In this document: positions 39,658-49,187 of the stretch, in pieces
Numbering within the stretch: position 1 is the first letter of the stretch
How the letters are laid out: every line of letters begins with the position of its first letter
Assembly: GCA_027487385.1 (NCBI GenBank)
Contig: JAIYDS010000015.1
Span: forward strand, 282 to 64,281
From: Acetobacteraceae bacterium
GTDB taxonomy: Bacteria; Pseudomonadota; Alphaproteobacteria; Acetobacterales; Acetobacteraceae
Direction: 5' to 3'
DNA: 64,000 nt
Made by a program: the position numbers and the translations under genes
Notes under the pieces: generated by a model
The model's database searches: none
What the model was told of the DNA's origin: nothing
Seen by the model: only the letters and a program-made list of their open reading frames with translations

Positions 39658-41723
39658 GCGCCATCGCCGCCCTGCTGCGACCGCGCAGCGTCGCCATCAT
39701 CGGCGCCTCGGCCGATCCGACGAAGATGACCGGCCGCCCCATCAGCTACCTCCAGCGCCATGGCTTCGCGGGCGAGATCTGGCCGGTCAATCCACGTGCC
39801 GAGACCATCGCGGGCTTGCCCTGTTTCGCCGATGTGGCGTCCCTGCCGGGCGCGCCGGATGCGGCCATCGTGCTGCTCGCCCCCGAGCGCGCGGAAGCCG
39901 CGGTGCGGGACCTCGCGCGGCGTGGCTGCCAGGCCGCGATCGTGCTCGCCAGCGGCTATGGCGAGACGAATGCGGAGGGTGCGCGCCGGCAGGAAGCGCT
40001 GAAGCAGGCCGCCGGGACGATGCGGCTGCTGGGCCCCAACACCATCGGCCTGGTCAATCTGACCGATGGCATCATGCTCTCCGCCACCGGCGCGCTTGAA
40101 GTGGGGGAACTGCCGGCCGGGCGCATTTCCGTCGTCTCGCAGAGCGGCGGCATCCTGGGTTCGCTGCTCTCCCGCGCGGCGGATCGCGGCATCGGCTTCG
40201 CCAAGCTGGTCTCCACCGGCAATGAGGCGGATCTCGACAGCAGCGACCTCATCGCGGAACTCCTGGAGGACCCGGCGACCGACGTGATCGCCGTCTATAT
40301 GGAAGGGCTGCGCCGGCCGGAGGCCTTCCGGAGCGCCGCGCGCCGCGCCGCCGAACTCGGCAAGCCGATCGTGGTCTACAAGGTCGGCCGCTCGGAATCC
40401 GGCGCGCGGGCGGCGACGTCGCACACCGGCGCCATGGCCGGCGCGGACCGCGTCTATGACGCGATGTTCCGGCAATATGGGGTGATCCGCGCGGAGGGCT
40501 TCACCGACCTGCTGGACATTCCGGCGGCGCTGGTGGCCGGGCGGCGCATGGCCGGCCGGCGCGTCGCCATCCTCACCTCCACCGGCGGCGCCGGCACCCT
40601 GCTCGCCGACAATTGCGGCCTCGCCGGCATCGAGGTCGCGCCCCCGGATGCGGTCACGGCCCAGCGTCTCGCGACCCTGCTGGACGAGGACCAGGCAACG
40701 GTCGGCCGCAACCCGGTGGATGTGACGCTGGCGGGGCTTCGGCCCGACCTGTTTCGCGGCGCCATCACCGCCCTGCTGGACAGCCCGGGCTATGATGCTG
40801 TCGTGGTGGTCATCGGCTCCTCCGCCCTGGCCGTGCCGGACCTGGTGGCGGGGGCCATCGTCGAGTGCCAGGCGCAGAGCGAGAAGCCGGTGCTGGCCTA
40901 TGTCAGCCCGCATGCGCCGCATCTGGTGCGGCTGCTGAACCGCCAGGGCATCGCGGCCTTTGCCACGCCGGAAAGCTGCGCTTCCGTGGTGCGCGCACTG
41001 CAACGCCGCGCCTTCCCGCCCATGCCGGGCGCCCAGGCCGCCGATCCTTCCCTGCTCGCGGGCCTGCCCGCCGGCAACCTGAACGAGGCGGAAAGCAAGG
41101 CCCTCTTCGCCCGCTTCGGCGTGCCGGTGACGCGCGAGCATGTGGCGGCCGATGCCACCGGGGCGGCGGCAGCAGCGCGTGCCCTGGGTGGAGAGGTGGT
41201 GCTGAAGATCCTCTCCCGCGCCATCGCGCACAAGAGCGAGTTGGGCGGCGTGAGGCTGGGGCTGACGGCCGATCAGGTGCCGGCGGCCTGCGCCGAGATG
41301 CTGGCACGGCTGCGCGCGGCCGGCGCACCCGAGCCGGAGGGCTTCCTGGTGCAGGAGCGCGTCCGCGGCGGCGTCGAGATGATCCTGGGCTTTCACCGTG
41401 ACCCCCAGCTCGGCCCGGTGCTGCTGCTGGGCGCCGGCGGCGTGGCGGCCGAACTCTTCCAGGACACGGCGCTGCGCCTGCTGCCCATCGCCCGCGCCGA
41501 TGCCGAGGCGATGCTGGAGGAGTTGAAGGCCGTGCGGCTGCTGCGCGGCTGGCGCGGCGCGCCAGCGGCCGACAGGACCGCGCTGGTGGACGCGATCATG
41601 GCCTTTGCCGCCCTGGCCGCCACATCGGGCGACCGGCTGCTGGAGGCGGAGATCAACCCGCTCTTCGTCCTGCCGAAGGGTCAGGGCGTGCGCGCCGCGG
41701 ATGGGCTGGCGGTGCTGCGGTAA
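39654..41723 (+). CDS. acetate--CoA ligase (NDP-forming) family acyl-CoA synthetase
   Basis: PRSVAIIGAS, GPNTIG, SQSGG, STGNEAD, SHTGAMAG phospho-His motif, HKSELGGV ATP-grasp, EINPL. Confidence 0.92.
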   Translation: MSAIAALLRPRSVAIIGASADPTKMTGRPISYLQRHGFAGEIWPVNPRAETIAGLPCFADVASLPGAPDAAIVLLAPERAEAAVRDLARRGCQAAIVLASGYGETNAEGARRQEALKQAAGTMRLLGPNTIGLVNLTDGIMLSATGALEVGELPAGRISVVSQSGGILGSLLSRAADRGIGFAKLVSTGNEADLDSSDLIAELLEDPATDVIAVYMEGLRRPEAFRSAARRAAELGKPIVVYKVGRSESGARAATSHTGAMAGADRVYDAMFRQYGVIRAEGFTDLLDIPAALVAGRRMAGRRVAILTSTGGAGTLLADNCGLAGIEVAPPDAVTAQRLATLLDEDQATVGRNPVDVTLAGLRPDLFRGAITALLDSPGYDAVVVVIGSSALAVPDLVAGAIVECQAQSEKPVLAYVSPHAPHLVRLLNRQGIAAFATPESCASVVRALQRRAFPPMPGAQAADPSLLAGLPAGNLNEAESKALFARFGVPVTREHVAADATGAAAAARALGGEVVLKILSRAIAHKSELGGVRLGLTADQVPAACAEMLARLRAAGAPEPEGFLVQERVRGGVEMILGFHRDPQLGPVLLLGAGGVAAELFQDTALRLLPIARADAEAMLEELKAVRLLRGWRGAPAADRTALVDAIMAFAALAATSGDRLLEAEINPLFVLPKGQGVRAADGLAVLR

Positions 41724-41837
41724 CCCAGCTGCCGATCCCGGCGGCGCCTGCGGCCAGGCGACATTCGCCCCCTGCCGGCAGAGGCCTGAGCGCCAGGCGC
41801 GGCGGGCGGACCAGCGGGATCAGCCTCGCGCCAAAGG

Positions 41838-41873
41838 CTGGACTGTGATCAACCATGGCGGATCACAATCCAG
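41838..41873. terminator. inverted repeat between convergent genes
   Basis: CTGGACTGTGATC-N10-GATCACAATCCAG (one mismatch); no U-tract. Confidence 0.4.
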
Positions 41874-41880
41874 GCCGCGC

Positions 41881-42855
41881 TCACTCCGCCTGGATGTTGG
41901 CGACCCGGACAACCTCGCTCCAGCGCCGCACCTCGGAGGCCACATGCGCGGCGAACTCCGCCGGCGTGCTGGTCCGCGGCTCGATGCCCTGGCGTTGCAG
42001 CCCGGACTGGACGTCGGGCAGCGCCATTGCACGCAGCACGGCGGCATGCAGGCGCGCGACCTCGGCTTCCGGGATCCGGGCCGGCCCCATCACGCCGCTC
42101 CAGCTCGTTGCCTCGAAGCCCGGGAAGCCCTGCTCGGCGACGGTCGGCAATTCGGGCGCCTGTGGCATCCGGGCGAGCGAGGTGACGGCCAGGCCCCTCA
42201 GGCGGCCCTCACGCACATGCGGCAGCACGAGCGGCGCGGTATCGGCCGCGAGGAGGATCTGCCCGCCGATGATCGCGGTCATGTTGGCCGCGCCACCGCG
42301 GAAGCCGACATGTTCCATCTCCACACCGGCGACGCTGCCCAACTGCGCCATGCTGAGATGCGGCATGGAGCCGACACCCCCCGTGCCATAGCTCACCCGC
42401 CCTGGATTGGCGCGCGCATGAGCGATCAGCTGCGGCACATTGGTCGGGCCGAAGCTCGGATGCACGGCGATCAGCATCGGGACCGAGGACACCAGGCTGA
42501 TCGGCGTGAAATCCCGGACGCTGTCATAGGGGAGCCGTTCGCCGCGCAAGGCCTGGTTGAGCGCGTTCGGCCCGGCATTGCCCATCAGCAGCGTCAGGCC
42601 GTCCGGTGCGGAGCGCGCCACCATTTCCGCGGCGATGGCGCCATTGGCCCCGGAGCGGTTCTCGACCACGATCGTCTGCCCGAGCGCCTCGCCCATCGGC
42701 GGCCCGATCAGCCGCGCGATGATGTCGCTCGCCCCGCCGGGCGGATAGGGCACCACCAGGCGGATCGGGCGGCGTTCGCCCTGCGCGATGGCCGGGGCGG
42801 TGGGCAACCCGAGGCCAAGCGCGGGGGCCGCGGCGAGCAGATGACGTCTTTTCAT
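41881..42855 (-). CDS. Bug/TctC substrate-binding protein
   Basis: MKRRHLL signal, RLVVPYPPGGASD, VENRSGANG, PTVAEQG. Confidence 0.93.
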   Translation of the reverse strand: MKRRHLLAAAPALGLGLPTAPAIAQGERRPIRLVVPYPPGGASDIIARLIGPPMGEALGQTIVVENRSGANGAIAAEMVARSAPDGLTLLMGNAGPNALNQALRGERLPYDSVRDFTPISLVSSVPMLIAVHPSFGPTNVPQLIAHARANPGRVSYGTGGVGSMPHLSMAQLGSVAGVEMEHVGFRGGAANMTAIIGGQILLAADTAPLVLPHVREGRLRGLAVTSLARMPQAPELPTVAEQGFPGFEATSWSGVMGPARIPEAEVARLHAAVLRAMALPDVQSGLQRQGIEPRTSTPAEFAAHVASEVRRWSEVVRVANIQAE

Positions 42856-42890
42856 GGTTTCCTCCTGTTTCTTGCCGTGTTGGATGGTGG

Positions 42891-43781
42891 TCAATCGGCG
42901 CGCAGCGCGGCGGCCTCGGCCGGGGTGAGCGGCAGCAGCGGCGGGCGGAGACGGCCCCATCCGGGCTCTCCGACGCTGTCCGCCAGCAGCAGCTTCAGCG
43001 AGGCGATCTGCGCGAAGCGGCTGACTCGGTTGCGGGCGGCGATGATGCGCGCCTGCGCGGCCTCCACCTCCGCCGCGCGCCCTGGGTCGGCATGGTGGCG
43101 AAAGACGAAGGCGAGTTCGGCGGCGACGAGGTTGGAGGTCGCGGTGATGCAGCCCGCCCCGCCAGCCCTGAGCAGCGGCAGCATCAGGGGATCGGCGCCG
43201 GCCAGCACGGCCAGGCCGGGAAAGGCGGCAACGAGCGCTTCCATATGCGCAAGATCCCCGGCGGAATCCTTGATGCCGGTGAAGGTGCCAGGATAGGCCG
43301 CGCGCAGCCGCGCGATCACCGCAAAGGGGATCGGCACCGCCGACATCTGCGGGATGTGATAGAGCACGATGCGCAGGCGCGGATCGGCGACGCGCTCCAC
43401 CACCTCGGCATAGGCGGCGAAGAGGCCATCCTCGGTGACGCCCTTGTAGTAGAAGGGCGGGAGCATCACGACCGTGCTCACGCCGAGCGAAAGCGCATGC
43501 CGCGTCAACGCCACCGTCTCGCTCAGCGCCGCGACGCCCGTGCCGGGCAGCAGCCGCTCCGGCGCGATGCCGGCGGCCACCACCGCTTCCAGCAGCGCGC
43601 GGCGCTCTTCGGAGGTGAAGGAATTGGCCTCGCCCGTAGTGCCAAGCATGGCGATGCCGTCGCAGCCCTGCGCCAGCAGGCGCCGGCAATGCGCGACGAA
43701 GAGCGCGTGATCGGGCGCGTGCCCCGCCGTGATCGGCGTGAGTGCGGCGCTGAACACGCCCTGCGGGTGCAGCGCGGTCAT
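42891..43781 (-). CDS. dihydrodipicolinate synthase family (class I aldolase/dehydratase)
   Basis: GTTGE, PPFYY, LYHIP, GIKDS Schiff-base lysine. Confidence 0.9.
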   Translation of the reverse strand: MTALHPQGVFSAALTPITAGHAPDHALFVAHCRRLLAQGCDGIAMLGTTGEANSFTSEERRALLEAVVAAGIAPERLLPGTGVAALSETVALTRHALSLGVSTVVMLPPFYYKGVTEDGLFAAYAEVVERVADPRLRIVLYHIPQMSAVPIPFAVIARLRAAYPGTFTGIKDSAGDLAHMEALVAAFPGLAVLAGADPLMLPLLRAGGAGCITATSNLVAAELAFVFRHHADPGRAAEVEAAQARIIAARNRVSRFAQIASLKLLLADSVGEPGWGRLRPPLLPLTPAEAAALRAD

Positions 43782-44959
43782 GCGCCCTCTCCCGCCGCCC
43801 AGTCGGGGGCGACGCGCACATATTTGATGGCCTGGCGCCAATAGGTATAGGCGATGTGCAGCGCCCCATCCGGCGTCTGGCAGAGCGACGGGTAGGAGAA
43901 TTCCCGGTTCAGCCGGTCCTTCGAATTGTTGGTGAGGCAATAGCCATCGCCGGTTTCGAGGTTGCGGCGAATCGGCCAGCTGCGGCCCTGGTCGGCCGAG
44001 AGCGCCAGCGTCATCGGCGCGCGCGGCGCGCCCCAGAAGGCGCTGCGGCCTGCGGAGGGTGCCGCGGGGGCCAGGTCCTCGCCGCCGATATCGTCGTAGA
44101 GCGACAGCCGCCGCCCGGTCGCATCCGCCGCGCTGGAATGGTTGTAGACCAGGGCGAGCCGCCCATCCGCGAGCCGCGTCGCCATCACCGAGGAATTGTT
44201 GTTGGGCAGCTCCGTCGGCACGGGGGCGGACCAGCTGCGCCCACCATCCGCGGAGCGGGCGACATGGACCCAATCCGCCCAGCGGCTGCGGTAGAAGGCG
44301 ACGAGCGTGCCATCGCGCAGATCCACGATGCTCATATGCACGCAGCCGGTGCTGCCGGGCACGGGATGCTCGGTCCAGCTCGCGCCCGCATCGGAGGAGA
44401 TCATGACCGAGCTGGTGTCGAGGTCGCCCGTCCAGGCGCCGGCGGGCGGCTTGGTGCAGCGCCAGATGGGCAGCAGCCAGTCGCCATTGTCCAGCACCAC
44501 GATGGGGCTGCGGATGAAGGTGCCGAAGCCCGGCTGCTCGCCGAAGAGCGTCTCGATCGGGCCCCAGCTGCGCCCGCCATCGGCCGAGATGCGGCGGCGG
44601 ATGATGGCGGTGTCCTGGTTGCCGGAGATCTGCGCCGTCCAGAGCAGCCAGAGCTTGCCATCCGGCGCGTGGAACAGCAGCGGGTTCTGCTCGGAGCGCG
44701 TCGGATCATCCGACAGGCGCTGGGCCGGCGACCAGCGATCCGCCCCGGCTTCGAGGCGCGAGAAATGCACGGAGATGTCGGGCACGCCCTCCTGCGTGCC
44801 GCCGAACCAGACGCAGCCCATGTCGCCGCCGGGCAGCGGCAGCAGGAAGGCGGCGTGGTTCTGCACGCAGGGGGTGGGGATGAAGGCCTCGATGCGCGCG
44901 GGATCATCTGGCGCGGGGGCCAGGATTTCGGGGCGGTCGATCACGCCAGCGTCTTGCAT
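43778..44959 (-). CDS. BNR/Asp-box beta-propeller protein, exo-alpha-sialidase-like
   Basis: Four Asp-boxes (SADGGRSW, SSDAGASW, SADGGRSW, SADQGRSW), SEQNP, FSYPS; no signal peptide. Confidence 0.85.
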   Translation of the reverse strand: MQDAGVIDRPEILAPAPDDPARIEAFIPTPCVQNHAAFLLPLPGGDMGCVWFGGTQEGVPDISVHFSRLEAGADRWSPAQRLSDDPTRSEQNPLLFHAPDGKLWLLWTAQISGNQDTAIIRRRISADGGRSWGPIETLFGEQPGFGTFIRSPIVVLDNGDWLLPIWRCTKPPAGAWTGDLDTSSVMISSDAGASWTEHPVPGSTGCVHMSIVDLRDGTLVAFYRSRWADWVHVARSADGGRSWSAPVPTELPNNNSSVMATRLADGRLALVYNHSSAADATGRRLSLYDDIGGEDLAPAAPSAGRSAFWGAPRAPMTLALSADQGRSWPIRRNLETGDGYCLTNNSKDRLNREFSYPSLCQTPDGALHIAYTYWRQAIKYVRVAPDWAAGEGA

Positions 44960-44969
44960 AGGCGTTTCC

Positions 44970-46091
44970 TCAAAAGGCGGCGCGATAAAGGCCGAGGATG
45001 TCGTCTCGGCTCATCTCGCGCGGGTTGTTGTCGAGCAGGCGGCGGATGGCATGCGCCTCGGTCGCCATGCGGGGCAGGTCGTCCTCGGGCACGCCGAGGG
45101 CGGAGAGGCGCATCTCGATGCCGAGCGCCGCGCACCAGCCATGGCTCGCAGCCAGCACGTCCCGCGCGCCGGCCAGGCCCAGCGCATCGAGCAGCAGCGC
45201 CGTCTTTTCCGGCATCGCGGGCGCATTGAAGGCGAGCGTGTGTGGGAAGATCACCGCGCAGGCGAGGCCATGCGCGACGTGATGCCGCGTGCCGAGCGGA
45301 TAGGCCACCGCATGCCCCGCCGTGGTGTTCACCGGACCCAGGCAATACCCGCCATAGAGCGAGGCGAGCGCCAGGCCCGCCCGCGCCTCGCGGTCCTCGC
45401 CATCGGCCACGGCGCGCGCCAGGAAGCGGCCGACGAGGCGGATGCCCTCCAGCGCATAGAGGTCAATCGTCGGATGCGCCCTGCGGCTGGTGAAGGCCTC
45501 GGCGCAATGGGCCAGCGCATCCACGCCGGTCGCTGCCGTCACGGCCGGCGGCACGCTCAGCGTCAGGTCGGGGTCCACCACGGCGAGATCGGCGATCATG
45601 TGCCGGCTTTGCACGGCGAGCTTGTTCTGCGTCGCGGGATCGGTCACCAGCGCGCGGGAGCCGGCTTCGCTGCCGGTGCCCGATGTGGTGGCGACCTGCG
45701 CCAGGGCCACGCGGCGCCCGGCGACCTTCTCCGGCCCGACCACCTCGTGCAGCGTCTGCCCGCTGCCCGGCAGCACGGCCACCAGCTTGGCCAGGTCCAT
45801 CGCGCTGCCGCCGCCAAAGCCGACCACCAGCTGCGGCCGCACGCGCTCGGCCAGCGCCAGCGCGGCGTCGAGATTGGGGATGTCGGGCTCCGGCTTCACC
45901 TCGCCGAAGACCGTGACCTCGCCGGGCAGGTCCAGCAGCGCCACGCGCGCCGCGTTGAAGCCACCGGCGATGACGAGGCTGCGCGTGATCCCCCGCTCGC
46001 GCGCCCAGGCGCCGAGGGTGGCGACCTGTCCGGGGCCGAAGGCGAGCCGCGCCGGGCGGTCGATCTCGATGGGGCGAAGCAGGCCCGTCAT
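44970..46091 (-). CDS. iron-containing alcohol dehydrogenase
   Basis: GGGSAMDLAK, GTGSE, DALAHCAE, GHAVAY, HGLAC metal ligands. Confidence 0.92.
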   Translation of the reverse strand: MTGLLRPIEIDRPARLAFGPGQVATLGAWARERGITRSLVIAGGFNAARVALLDLPGEVTVFGEVKPEPDIPNLDAALALAERVRPQLVVGFGGGSAMDLAKLVAVLPGSGQTLHEVVGPEKVAGRRVALAQVATTSGTGSEAGSRALVTDPATQNKLAVQSRHMIADLAVVDPDLTLSVPPAVTAATGVDALAHCAEAFTSRRAHPTIDLYALEGIRLVGRFLARAVADGEDREARAGLALASLYGGYCLGPVNTTAGHAVAYPLGTRHHVAHGLACAVIFPHTLAFNAPAMPEKTALLLDALGLAGARDVLAASHGWCAALGIEMRLSALGVPEDDLPRMATEAHAIRRLLDNNPREMSRDDILGLYRAAF

Positions 46092-47134
46092 GCGGCGGCC
46101 CTCGCGGCGGTGGCGCGATGCGCGGCGAGAAGTTCGGCGTATTCGATCGCCTCGATCAGGCTGCGCTCGCTGGCGATGCCCTGGCCCGCGATGTCGAAGG
46201 CGGTGCCATGATCCACTGAGGTGCGGATCACCGGCAGGCCGAGCGTGATGTTCACGCCCGAGAGCGCATCCCATTTCCCCGTCGCGGGATCCACATGGAA
46301 GCCCAGCAGCTTCACCGGGATATGCCCCTGGTCGTGATACATCGCGACCACCGCGTCGAACTGCCCCGCGCGCAGCTTCACGAAGACGGTATCGCCCGGC
46401 ACGGGGCCGGTCACGCGCATCCCATCCGCGACGGCCTGCGCGATGGTGGGGGCGACCACATCCAGATCCTGCCGGCCGAACAGCCCGCCCTCTCCCGCAT
46501 GCGGGTTCAGCGCGGCCACCGCGATATGGGGCTTCTCGATGCCGAGGCCGCGCAGCGCCTGCTGCGTCAGGTCCAGCACCAGGCGGATGCGCTCTGGCGT
46601 CACACGCTTGGGCACATCCTCCAGCGCGCAATGGGTGGTGACGTGGCTGACGCGCATGTTGCCATGGGCCAGCAGCATCACGCTGCCCTTCACGCCGGTG
46701 AGCTCCGCCAGCATCTCGGTATGGCCGGCATAGTGATAGCCCGCCTTGTTCAGCGCCTCCTTGTTCAGCGGCGCGGTGACGATGGCGCCGATGCGGCCGG
46801 ATTGCGCGAGGCGCACGCCGTGTTCGATCGCGAGATAGGCGAAGCGCCCGCCATCGGCGCTCAGCACGCCCGGCAGGATTGGCGCACCCTCGGGCCCGGC
46901 CTGGAGGAAGGCCAGCGCCGGCCATTCGCCCTGCCCCGCCGTCACCTCCGGAAATGCGAGCCCTGGCGCCAGCGCATCGCGCGCGCGCGCCAAAGCGGCG
47001 CCGCTGCCAATCACCAGCAGGCGAAGCGCGCCGGCCTCGATGCGGTCGCGCAGCGCGGCGCAGGCCTTGACGATGATCTCGGGGCCAATGCCCGCCGGGT
47101 CGCCCATGGTGATGGCAAGGTGGGGCGTCGTCAT
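46088..47134 (-). CDS. pdxA: PdxA2-type 4-phospho-sugar-acid dehydrogenase (PdxA family)
   Basis: MGDPAGIGPE, AGHTE, NPHAGE, MYHDQG, RTSVDHGTAFDIAG. Adjacent DUF1537 kinase indicates the PdxA2 subgroup. Confidence 0.9.
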   Translation of the reverse strand: MTTPHLAITMGDPAGIGPEIIVKACAALRDRIEAGALRLLVIGSGAALARARDALAPGLAFPEVTAGQGEWPALAFLQAGPEGAPILPGVLSADGGRFAYLAIEHGVRLAQSGRIGAIVTAPLNKEALNKAGYHYAGHTEMLAELTGVKGSVMLLAHGNMRVSHVTTHCALEDVPKRVTPERIRLVLDLTQQALRGLGIEKPHIAVAALNPHAGEGGLFGRQDLDVVAPTIAQAVADGMRVTGPVPGDTVFVKLRAGQFDAVVAMYHDQGHIPVKLLGFHVDPATGKWDALSGVNITLGLPVIRTSVDHGTAFDIAGQGIASERSLIEAIEYAELLAAHRATAARAAA

Positions 47135-48243
47135 GCGGGAATGCTCCAGGAGGTCAGGACTGAATCGGCCAGAAGATCACGCCACAGCGTATCGCCGCCA
47201 AAGGCGCCGGATTTCGAAATGACGGGCACACCATCCCAGGCGCCGCCCTGCAGCACCGAGCGCGGCACGCCGGGCTGCACGATGCCCATGGCGACCAGCC
47301 CCTGCGCACCGCGCGCCGTGCAGACCGCCCGCAGCGTTTCCCCGCCGGCCACGATCAAGGTGCCGGGGGGTGGCAGGCGCTGGGTCAGCGCCGCGAAGAC
47401 CGCCGCGATGCGCCGCGCGGCCTCGGCGCGGTCCGTGCCCGCGGGCAGCCCGACGCGCAGCATCGCCACGCCGGCCGTCGCCATGCGTCGCGCGACATGC
47501 GCCGCCGTCGCGTCATCGCCCGCTTCGATGACCAGGGTGCTCTCGCCACAGGCGGCCAATTGCCGCGCCGTTGCCGGCTGGTCGGAGCCGAACAGCCCCA
47601 GGACGGGGCCTTGCAGCCGCGTCGTGGCCTGCGCCGTGGCGCGGCCGGCCAGCGCCCGCGCAAGGCCGCCGCTGCCGCACCACAGCACTGGCCCCAGGGC
47701 AGCGCGCCCGAGCGCCACGATGCGCGCGAGGTCGGCATCCGTTTCAGCGTCGAAGACGGACAGGCCAGGCGGCAACGGCGAGGTGGGATCGCCATGTTGC
47801 GCCGGCAACCCTTCCGCGGCCAGCAGGGCGGACAGATCCGGCACAAGGGGCATGAACGCCCCATCGGCCTGCCGCACCAGCACCTGCCCGCCGCGCGTGA
47901 TGCGCCCCTGGGCGGGAAAGGCGGGGGCCAGCACGACATGCGGCCAGCCGCCCCCCTCCATGCAGGCGGCCAGCTCCGCCGCGACATGGCCGCGCAGCAG
48001 GCTGTCTATTTTCTTGAAAGCGATCTCCGCGCCATGCAGAGCCGGCGCGACCGCACGCATGCGCGCAACGGCGAGGTCGCGCGATGCCTCCCGCGTGCCG
48101 GTGTCGAAGGCGAGGCTGCCCTCGGCCCCCGCGCCATCAACCCAGCGCAGCGGGACAGGGCCGCACAGGCCCGTCAGCTCGGCGGCCGAATCCAGCGCGC
48201 CCGTCAAATCATCGGCGATCAGCCGCAGGACCGGCCGTGTCAT
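47131..48243 (-). CDS. four-carbon acid sugar kinase family protein (DUF1537)
   Basis: IADDLTGALD, KKIDSLLRG, PAFPAQGR, GGET, KSGAFG. Confidence 0.9.
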   Translation of the reverse strand: MTRPVLRLIADDLTGALDSAAELTGLCGPVPLRWVDGAGAEGSLAFDTGTREASRDLAVARMRAVAPALHGAEIAFKKIDSLLRGHVAAELAACMEGGGWPHVVLAPAFPAQGRITRGGQVLVRQADGAFMPLVPDLSALLAAEGLPAQHGDPTSPLPPGLSVFDAETDADLARIVALGRAALGPVLWCGSGGLARALAGRATAQATTRLQGPVLGLFGSDQPATARQLAACGESTLVIEAGDDATAAHVARRMATAGVAMLRVGLPAGTDRAEAARRIAAVFAALTQRLPPPGTLIVAGGETLRAVCTARGAQGLVAMGIVQPGVPRSVLQGGAWDGVPVISKSGAFGGDTLWRDLLADSVLTSWSIPA

Positions 48244-49067
48244 CGTGACGCCCCGCCCGGCCCGATGGTGCCGAAGGAAAGCCGCAGCCCGGTGCCCAGC
48301 TCCTCGGCCAGCGCGCGGACGCGCGGTGCGGTGAGGGTGATGAAATCGGCGAGCGGCAGCCGGTCGCTGCCGATGGTGAGGCTGACGCCCGCGGCGGGCT
48401 CCCCCCGCGCATCCAGCACGGGGGCCGCAACGGTGCGCAGCCCATAGGCGTTCTCGCCATCCGAGACGGCGTAGCCGCGCGCCCGCACCTCATCGAGCCG
48501 CGCCAGCAGCGCATCGAGGTCGGTCAGCGTGCGGTCGGACAGCTTCACGCGCGGCACGCTCTCCAGCTGCGCGACCTGCGCCTCGCGCGGCAGCCAGGCC
48601 AGGATCGCCTGGCCGAGCGCGGTCGCATAGGCGCCGATCCGCGTGCCGGGGCGGCGCACGACGCCGTGCCGCTCCAGCCCGGCCTCGACGCGGGTCAGGT
48701 AGATCACCTCCCCCCTCTCCAGCACGCCGAGGGAGCCGGCGTCGGCCAGGTTGGGCACCAGGTCGCGCAGCAGTGGCCGTGCATGCGTCGGAAGGTCATC
48801 CGCCGAAAGCGCGGCATAGCCGAGCTCCAGGCATTTCAGCGTCAGCCGGAAGCGCCGCGCATCGGGGATGGGACGCAGATAGCCGAGATCCACCAGCGTA
48901 TGGACCAGGCGGAAGGCGGTGCCGCGATCATGGCCGGTCTGCGCCGCCACCTCGGCCAGGGTGAGCTCGGGCCGGTCGGGCCCGAAGGCCTTGAGCACGG
49001 CGAAGGCCTTGGCGACGGACTGGACGAGGTTTTTCGGGTTCTCGGCGCGAGTCTGTGTTCCGTCCAT
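48240..49067 (-). CDS. IclR family transcriptional regulator (PcaR/PobR-like)
   Basis: VQSVAKAFAVL...LAEVAAQTG..RGTAFRLVHTL HTH; YATALGQAILA; RGYAVSDGE. Confidence 0.92.
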   Translation of the reverse strand: MDGTQTRAENPKNLVQSVAKAFAVLKAFGPDRPELTLAEVAAQTGHDRGTAFRLVHTLVDLGYLRPIPDARRFRLTLKCLELGYAALSADDLPTHARPLLRDLVPNLADAGSLGVLERGEVIYLTRVEAGLERHGVVRRPGTRIGAYATALGQAILAWLPREAQVAQLESVPRVKLSDRTLTDLDALLARLDEVRARGYAVSDGENAYGLRTVAAPVLDARGEPAAGVSLTIGSDRLPLADFITLTAPRVRALAEELGTGLRLSFGTIGPGGASR

Positions 49068-49086
49068 CACCACGCCTCCCCCGCCG

Positions 49087-49113
49087 TTTGTTCGGAATGC
49101 GAACACTTGTTCG
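49087..49113. promoter_or_regulatory. putative IclR (PcaR/PobR/PcaU-type) operator
   Basis: Perfect TGTTCG-N5-CGAACA palindrome (49089-49105) plus a third TGTTCG half-site at 49108-49113, between divergent iclR and SDR genes. Confidence 0.65.
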
Positions 49114-49187
49114 TTTTCTGCCTTCTTGCTATCCGTCCCAGCAGCGCGCTGTCAAGCGCAGTGCCGGCACCGCAGGAGAGACGCCGC

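Noticed and set aside
46088-47134. Vitamin B6 biosynthetic pdxA
   Set aside because: Its context next to a DUF1537 kinase, not surA/ksgA, indicates the catabolic PdxA2 subgroup.
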